From positions 22-64,021 of the forward strand of contig CAZNJK010000004.1 in NCBI GenBank assembly GCA_964573405.1: a DNA stretch of 64,000 nt, given 5' to 3'. This DNA comes from an uncultured Christensenella sp. (GTDB lineage: Bacteria; Bacillota; Clostridia; Christensenellales; UBA1242). The position numbers and the translations under genes are program-made. Of the stretch, positions 58,434 to 64,000 are shown in pieces. Position 1 is the stretch's first letter. Every line of letters begins with the position of its first letter. Below the pieces are notes generated by a model. It ran no database searches. It was not told where the DNA came from and was given only the letters and a program-made list of their open reading frames with translations.

Positions 58434-59266
58434 TTGTTCTCCTTTAGCCTTGTGCCCTTTCTTATTGTTTTATTCTCAATTGTTAAATTGCTCGATATAT
58501 AGCAATTTTTTCGGATGGTCGCGTTATTTAGGTAGCAATATGGCAAAATATATACATTGTCTTCAATTTTACTATTTGTAAGGTTGCTATTTGCTATACA
58601 ACAATCACTCCCCACCGCACAATTTTCTATAATGTTATTTTCTTTTAATATTGTATTTTCTCCAATAACGGTGTTGCCTTTTAGGACATTGCCACTAAAA
58701 ATCATCGTTTTAGGTGCAATTTCAACTTGTGCGTCAATACGCACATTGCCCAAAATCTCCACGCCATTTGCCGAGTGTTGATTTATTATCCGATTTTGCA
58801 AAATTCCTTCCGCTTTTTTCAAGTCTTTCTGGCTACTTACCATAAGCATTTCTTCATCATCAAGTGGCAAAAATGCGTCAAACATCACTTTTTTTGCGGT
58901 CCTAACATATTCCGCTTTGAAAGCAAAACCGCCATTAAACTTACACGCGTTAATGTCCTTCACTAGCGAATATTCCATAATTTTAAGTATGGTGGGAGTG
59001 GTGATTAGCGGAGTGAAAGAAAACAAAACGACAACGAATTTAGAATTAACTAGTCGTGGTCTTAAAAACTCTATTAGGTCACTGCCGTCATAGTCGAACT
59101 CCACATACGGAATGCCTTTTAACGAACGCTTCACCCACTCAGTCATTGAAAGCCCGCAAGCCACTGCATCGTGCTTAACCCCCAAATAATCCACGTTAAG
59201 CAAATACACGATTACGCTATCATTTTTTACGGTTTTTAATTTTTCTGTTTCTAGTAGTGTTTGCAT
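58430..59266 (-). CDS. Truncated GlmU-like protein (degenerate nucleotidyltransferase fold plus left-handed beta-helix hexapeptide repeats)
   Basis: A 278-aa protein. The C-terminal half has hexapeptide repeats (NGVEILGNVRIDAQVEIAPKTMIFSGNVLKGNTVIGENTILKENNIIENCAVGSDCCI...) that align with the GlmU linker/LbH region as I recall it. The N-terminal LxxGxGTRM motif is absent, GDTP is replaced by SFTP, and the protein ends before the acetyltransferase active-site region. It sits where glmU lies in the Bacillus glmU-prs-ctc-pth-mfd order. A strong AAGGAGA RBS is present. Confidence 0.6.
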   Translation of the reverse strand: MQTLLETEKLKTVKNDSVIVYLLNVDYLGVKHDAVACGLSMTEWVKRSLKGIPYVEFDYDGSDLIEFLRPRLVNSKFVVVLFSFTPLITTPTILKIMEYSLVKDINACKFNGGFAFKAEYVRTAKKVMFDAFLPLDDEEMLMVSSQKDLKKAEGILQNRIINQHSANGVEILGNVRIDAQVEIAPKTMIFSGNVLKGNTVIGENTILKENNIIENCAVGSDCCIANSNLTNSKIEDNVYILPYCYLNNATIRKNCYISSNLTIENKTIRKGTRLKENK

Positions 59267-59702
59267 TTTTTCTCCTTAATTCGGCAAAGAAATCCGACAA
59301 AATGCTTGAGCATTCTTCTTCCATCACTCCCCCAACAAGTTGGCACGAATGATTGAAATTAAAGTGCTCACTCAATTCCAAAATGCTATATTTTTTGTCA
59401 AACGCCCCAAAATATATGGTTTTGACTCTTGCTGATAAAAGTGCACCATAACACATTATGCAAGGCTCTTTTGTGACATATACTTCCGCTTCTTCTAGCC
59501 TAAAATCCCGCACTTTTTTGCACGCCTTGTGTATGGCAAGCACTTCCGCATGGCAAAGTGGGTCTTTGAGTTTGTTCTTTTTATTGTATGCCTTTGCCAC
59601 GACTTTGCCGTCAAGCACAATCACTGCGCCTACCGGTATATCGCCATTTTTGTATGCTTTTTTGCTTAGGTCAATTGCCATTTGCATAAATTTAGGTTCC
59701 AT
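59220..59702 (-). CDS. tadA: tRNA-specific adenosine deaminase
   Basis: Zinc-binding deaminase motifs CHAEVLAI and EPCIMCYGAL. I set the start at MEPKFMQMAIDLSKKAY (ATG at 59702), which overlaps the upstream TAA by 1 nt (TAATG). Confidence 0.9.
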   Translation of the reverse strand: MEPKFMQMAIDLSKKAYKNGDIPVGAVIVLDGKVVAKAYNKKNKLKDPLCHAEVLAIHKACKKVRDFRLEEAEVYVTKEPCIMCYGALLSARVKTIYFGAFDKKYSILELSEHFNFNHSCQLVGGVMEEECSSILSDFFAELRRKNANTTRNRKIKNRKK

Positions 59703-60832
59703 TAAATAAATCCCCACACAAATGTAAAAATCGTAACCAGCCCGCCCAAAAACAAGGTACAAACTAGAAAAATATTGTCTTTAAAATTAGGTTTGTACAC
59801 TTCCTTTTGCTTGGGCATAACCATTTCGATGGGGCTTTTCATCTCTTCATAATTAAGATTAATCATAGTGTTATTTTCTAACATTTCGTGAATAATTCGG
59901 TTTTTATCTACCGCAACCGGCTTGTCGCTAATATTTACATCCTTATCGTATACTCTTTCAATTGCCCTATTCACTTTCCTTAAAATAGATTGCTTATATA
60001 GGGCAAGCACAAGATAAAATAGCAAAATTGCAATGACGCATAACGCTATGAAGCAAATAATACATATAAGCCATAGGTCAAGTTCGCCAAGTCGTGCCAG
60101 CCAATCGGTATATCCGCCAAGGAACCACCCGTTAGCAACGGCAAACTCCAAATATATTGCAATAAAGTTATTGACAAAGTGCATTATTACAGACACCCAA
60201 ATATTTTTTGCGACCACCGAGCAAAAACCCATAATTAGCCCCAAAACTGTAGCGTACGCCACTTGCCCGATATTTAGGTGAATAAGCCCAAAGCAAATGG
60301 ACGAAATCACGATTGCTCTATAAAATCCCGAGTGCTTTGTGCCTTGCAGTAGCAACCCACGATGCAAAAATTCTTCACAAAGTGCGGGCAAAATTGCGAC
60401 CAAAAGGACATTTAAAAAGAATGAGCCTATGCCATAGTCACTCTCAACCACTTCGCCGAAATAAAAGGGAGTATGATAGCCCGTAAAGTCCACAATCCCG
60501 CCAAAAATTGACGACACAACAAGATTGATAAAGAATAGCACCACGCCAAGTGCAAGGCTTGTAAGCACAACCGAGAATGTAGGTTTGTAAAAATTGCAAG
60601 TTTTGAACACTTGCTTAGGTGTGACTCTTAGAAACAACATATATAGTGTAAATGGAATAAGGAACATTATCCCTATTTGAATAATCGATGTGAAAAGTAT
60701 GTCGTTCCAAGGGGCTTTGACCCCGTCTAGAAGTCCTAGCGATGAAATAATTCTCACGCCACAAAATAGCATTAGGGAGATAAAATAAATTAGATAGGTC
60801 TTAAAAATAGACTTTTTGCTTTGTTCTTGCAT
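59702..60832 (-). CDS. CPBP-family (CAAX/Abi) intramembrane glutamic protease with C-terminal extension and extra TM
   Basis: Motif 1 is CEEFLHRG (EExxxR), motif 2 FGLIH (FxxxH) and motif 3 HFVNN (HxxxN). The protein is multi-TM. AGGAGGGG RBS. Confidence 0.85.
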   Translation of the reverse strand: MQEQSKKSIFKTYLIYFISLMLFCGVRIISSLGLLDGVKAPWNDILFTSIIQIGIMFLIPFTLYMLFLRVTPKQVFKTCNFYKPTFSVVLTSLALGVVLFFINLVVSSIFGGIVDFTGYHTPFYFGEVVESDYGIGSFFLNVLLVAILPALCEEFLHRGLLLQGTKHSGFYRAIVISSICFGLIHLNIGQVAYATVLGLIMGFCSVVAKNIWVSVIMHFVNNFIAIYLEFAVANGWFLGGYTDWLARLGELDLWLICIICFIALCVIAILLFYLVLALYKQSILRKVNRAIERVYDKDVNISDKPVAVDKNRIIHEMLENNTMINLNYEEMKSPIEMVMPKQKEVYKPNFKDNIFLVCTLFLGGLVTIFTFVWGFI

Positions 60833-60840
60833 AGCCCCTC

Positions 60841-61860
60841 CTATATTGAATTAAAAAGCCAGATAATTATAGCAACAACCCAAGCACTATAGCAATAAAA
60901 CTTTTCGTCGATGCTAAACGAATTTAAATACGCTTTGAAGCCCAATTTTTCGTGTTTTTCTTCTATTATTATATTATTGTCAGTCACAACAAATTCAAGA
61001 TTGCCCGAATTCTTTTTTGACAAATATCTCATAAGTACAAATAGCCCGAAGATTGCCCCGGCTCCAGCCACCGCTAGTCCGATGCCTGCCATAAAGCCAC
61101 CGAAAGTTAATGAAAATCCGTTCAAAAATCCGCCGACTCCAAAATACGACATTAGGATTACTGCAAGGTTATTTAGGAAGTGGAAGAGTATGGGATAAAA
61201 CACATTTTTTGTGTAATAGCAAATTAGGCTTAGTACAAAACCCAAGATGATTTGATAGAATGTTTGGGCTATACTTCCGTGCATTATAAAGAATGCTAGT
61301 GCCGATATGGTGATTGCAACAATCGGTTTTGCTCTATCGCTTGTGCCTTTTAAAATCATTCCCCTAAATATAATTTCTTCAGCGACTGCTGGGATTAGGC
61401 AATATATAAATACGCCAATAATTAACTGCCACCAGTTGTTCATTGCAAAACTCACCGAGCCCGACGCGTCAATGCCAATTTTACTAAGTGCAGAGTAAAG
61501 CATATTTATAATTGGGAAAAATCCCACAATAGTCACCGCCAGCATTGTCACAATAAGGCCAAAGTATTTGTAATCAAGTCGCCAACTAAAATTGGTCGCC
61601 GTCTTCAAATCAATATTGTTTTTCTTGTGATAAATGATAATAAACGCAATAAAAAGTGCGGGCATAATCACCGCCATCAATAGGCCATAAATAATCTCAT
61701 AAAGGGATTGTCCAATAAGTTTTTTTAGCAATATCAACGCAATAAAAAACACATAAAAAACAAGTGGTGCTAGTACATTTAGTAGTATCACATAAAAAAA
61801 TGATTTATTGGAATCCATAACATTGTAGTTATATCTTATATTTTCATTATTCTTTCTCAT
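60841..61860 (-). CDS. CPBP-family intramembrane protease (second, tandem paralogue)
   Basis: Motifs AEEIIFRG, FFIMH and HFLNN. It is multi-TM, with a C-terminal soluble stretch plus a terminal TM helix. Confidence 0.85.
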   Translation of the reverse strand: MRKNNENIRYNYNVMDSNKSFFYVILLNVLAPLVFYVFFIALILLKKLIGQSLYEIIYGLLMAVIMPALFIAFIIIYHKKNNIDLKTATNFSWRLDYKYFGLIVTMLAVTIVGFFPIINMLYSALSKIGIDASGSVSFAMNNWWQLIIGVFIYCLIPAVAEEIIFRGMILKGTSDRAKPIVAITISALAFFIMHGSIAQTFYQIILGFVLSLICYYTKNVFYPILFHFLNNLAVILMSYFGVGGFLNGFSLTFGGFMAGIGLAVAGAGAIFGLFVLMRYLSKKNSGNLEFVVTDNNIIIEEKHEKLGFKAYLNSFSIDEKFYCYSAWVVAIIIWLFNSI

Positions 61861-61908
61861 ATGTTTATTATATAATATTTAAAAAATAAAAGCAAGCCTT
61901 GAAAATTT

Positions 61909-61941
61909 AAAAAAACACATATAATGCAAATATGTGTTTTA
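61909..61941 (-). terminator. Rho-independent terminator after the HtrA-like gene
   Basis: Stem ACACATAT (61915-61922) / ATATGTGT (61930-61937) with a 7-nt loop. An A-run (plus strand) precedes it and T-runs follow, so it looks bidirectional. Confidence 0.6.
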
Positions 61942-61976
61942 TTTTTTATTATCTACTATTTTTTGACGCAAAAATG

Positions 61977-63011
61977 TTATCGCAAATCGTTTTTGGACAA
62001 CTTTATTTTCACAAAATGTTCCCCTTCTCCGTCATAATAACTCACAATGCACGAGTCACCGTATTTAAACTTATATAGTTCGTTTTTCAAATCCGCAGTG
62101 TTATTAATCACTTTGTTATTGAATTTTGTAATCACGCACCCAGCCACGAGTGGCGAGTCTTTTAGCGGGCTATTGTCGGCAATATCTAGCACATAAAATC
62201 CCCTATTTATATCCGTTTGCTTCAAATAGTTGGCTATTTCTCCATCAAACCCGTATGTGCCAAGATATGGCGTTTCGTATTTTGTTTTGCTTGCCACAAT
62301 GCTATCTACAAGCGTGGAAAATGTTCTGCTAGGAATGGCAAATCCTATCCCTTCACCGCCCGAAATTTTTAGGGTGTTTATGCCCACAATCTCGCCATTT
62401 AGGTTGAGTAGTGGCCCACCGCTATTGCCCGGATTAAGGCTTGCGTCGTGCTGGATAAGATTTTGCATATAACTCTCGCCATAATCAGTTTCGACCTTTA
62501 AAGTCCTATTGAGAGCACTTACGATTCCTTTGGTGAAGGAGTGTTTTAGGACAAGGCTTAGCGGAGTTCCGACTGCTACAACATCTTCGCCTACATTAAG
62601 GTTCTCGTCACTCGACAAAGGCAAATACGGAATTGATATATCCGCCTTTATAATAGCAAGGTCTTGGATTGTGTCTTCCCAAATCGTGCTAGCATTTCCT
62701 ATGTCACCATTCGACAAATACACATTAATGGATTCCGCACCATTTATGACATGCGAATTGGTGATAATTATTCCGCCTTCCCTTACGCAAGCACCTGCCC
62801 CAACACTAGTGCCCGACGGAGAACTTGCACTTATTCCCACTATTGCGGGAGTGACCGACTCAGCAAGGTCGGATGTGCTTGAATACATTTTACTTGATAT
62901 TAGGACTTCATTTAACCCTTGTCCCGACGGGGTGTATTTTGAAATGTGACTGGTGGAACATCCCGACAACACAAATAGCGACAACACAAAAAAAGACGCA
63001 AACTTCTTCAT
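61977..63011 (-). CDS. HtrA/DegP-family serine protease lipoprotein with C-terminal PDZ-like domain
   Basis: Lipobox MKKFASFFVLSLFVLSGC. Catalytic triad context: TNSHVI (His), DLAIIK (Asp), GNSGGPLLN (Ser). The start is set at ATG 63011 behind an AGGAG RBS. Confidence 0.9.
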   Translation of the reverse strand: MKKFASFFVLSLFVLSGCSTSHISKYTPSGQGLNEVLISSKMYSSTSDLAESVTPAIVGISASSPSGTSVGAGACVREGGIIITNSHVINGAESINVYLSNGDIGNASTIWEDTIQDLAIIKADISIPYLPLSSDENLNVGEDVVAVGTPLSLVLKHSFTKGIVSALNRTLKVETDYGESYMQNLIQHDASLNPGNSGGPLLNLNGEIVGINTLKISGGEGIGFAIPSRTFSTLVDSIVASKTKYETPYLGTYGFDGEIANYLKQTDINRGFYVLDIADNSPLKDSPLVAGCVITKFNNKVINNTADLKNELYKFKYGDSCIVSYYDGEGEHFVKIKLSKNDLR

Positions 63012-63089
63012 AATTACTCCTATGTAATTAGTTTGCATCTTTTAATCAAATTTATGTCTATTATTTTCATCAAGAAGTACAATTTCCGA

Positions 63090-63881
63090 CTATTTTAAAG
63101 AATACACGTGGCTCAAATAATGTGCGGGAGCGACATCGATTTTGATATGAACCCCTTCGATTATGCCATAGTTAAACAGATATTCGCACACCGTGTTGTA
63201 CGCAATTTCGGGTGTGTTGTTTTCTTCGCTTAGGTGGGCAAGGACGATTTGTTTTGTGCCATTGCCGACAAGTTTTTTTATTGCTTCGGCACATAGTTTG
63301 TTGCTAAGGTGCCCGCTTTTGCCCAAAATTCGTTGTTTTAGAAAATACGAATAATTGGGGTTATTTAATAGCATTTTTTCGTCGTGATTGGATTCTAGTA
63401 TGACCACTCTACTGCCTATAAGGTTAGAAATAATCTCGTCGTCTATATGGCCTAGGTCGGTGGCAATACTTATTCGCTTGCCGTCATCGTCAAATGTATA
63501 GCCCACACAACTTATGGCATCGTGCGGAACTTTGAATGCTCTTACGAAGATATTGTCTATTTTGAAAGGCATATCCACAAATGTGTATATGTGGCTCACA
63601 TCAACCTTGCCGAGTTTTGCCACGACCCTATCGTATCCGTCGATGTGACAATACAACGGCACGCCATATTTTCTCATAAATGCACCTATATTTTTGGTGT
63701 GGTCGATGTGCTCGTGAGTATTTAAAATGGCAGTAATCTCGTGCGGAGAAATGCCAAGCATATTAAGTTTTTCTTCTAGTTCGCTTATTGCAATGCCCAC
63801 ATCGACCAATATTTTTGTTTGGTCATTATATACAAGAATGCAGTTGCCTTTTGACGAACTTGCTAGTGTAACTACTTTCAT
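63090..63881 (-). CDS. MBL-fold metallo-hydrolase, YycJ/WalJ-like
   Basis: HxHxDH motif (NTHEHIDH) and downstream His/Asp ligand blocks. It lies immediately upstream of an HtrA-like protease, as in the Bacillus yycJ-yycK(htrC) pair. The start is set at MKVVTLASSS (ATG 63881, AAGGA RBS). Confidence 0.85.
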   Translation of the reverse strand: MKVVTLASSSKGNCILVYNDQTKILVDVGIAISELEEKLNMLGISPHEITAILNTHEHIDHTKNIGAFMRKYGVPLYCHIDGYDRVVAKLGKVDVSHIYTFVDMPFKIDNIFVRAFKVPHDAISCVGYTFDDDGKRISIATDLGHIDDEIISNLIGSRVVILESNHDEKMLLNNPNYSYFLKQRILGKSGHLSNKLCAEAIKKLVGNGTKQIVLAHLSEENNTPEIAYNTVCEYLFNYGIIEGVHIKIDVAPAHYLSHVYSLK

Positions 63882-63934
63882 CTTTTGTCCTTTTGCAATA
63901 TATAATATCACAAAAACAATCATTTTCAAAACAT

Positions 63935-64000
63935 TTAATCCATTCTTTTGATTATAACTTTGCCGTCAATCCAACTACTAAAAAAGCCTTGCATTCCGTA
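63935..64000 (-). CDS. 3' end of an unidentified upstream gene (partial)
   Basis: The minus-strand frame reads ...YGMQGFFSSWIDGKVIIKRMD then TAA (63935-63937). It is too short to identify. Confidence 0.35.
   Translation of the reverse strand, partial: YGMQGFFSSWIDGKVIIKRMD

Overview
AT-rich chromosomal window from a low-GC Gram-positive bacterium. It looks like a Clostridia-type endospore former, judging by SpoIIID, a SpoIIQ-like M23 peptidase, pth-mfd synteny, many lipobox lipoproteins and strong GGAGG ribosome-binding sites. The standard genetic code applies, since TGA is used as a stop. Almost everything is encoded on the minus strand.

The dominant feature is a pair of tandem, co-directional giant ORFs: 3422-28291 (8,289 aa) and 28794-48482 (6,562 aa). 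Together they cover 44,559 nt, about 70% of the window. Each has:
- its own near-consensus TTGACT-N17-TATAAT promoter;
- its own N-terminal lipoprotein signal peptide;
- its own rho-independent terminator.

Both proteins are mosaics of Ig-like (Big_2-type) segments and many GLUG-type (GG[IVL][AV]G) parallel beta-helix modules. They share at least one clearly homologous module. I found no recognisable catalytic domain, C-terminal wall anchor, dedicated secretion partner or mobile-element gene. The block sits directly upstream of rpoB (partial, 1-2864). rpoB has its own promoter and a terminator-like leader hairpin.

The right-hand 15 kb is housekeeping and sporulation-associated:
- ttcA-like PP-loop ATPase;
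- spoIIID, an orphan acpP, an M23 peptidase and two unknown envelope proteins;
- a PrsA-like parvulin lipoprotein;
- mfd, pth, a truncated motif-less GlmU-like ORF and tadA;
- two tandem CPBP intramembrane proteases;
- an HtrA-like lipoprotein protease and a YycJ-like MBL hydrolase.

I saw no rRNA, tRNA, CRISPR array or transposase. All functional calls come from reading motifs by eye. No database search was possible.
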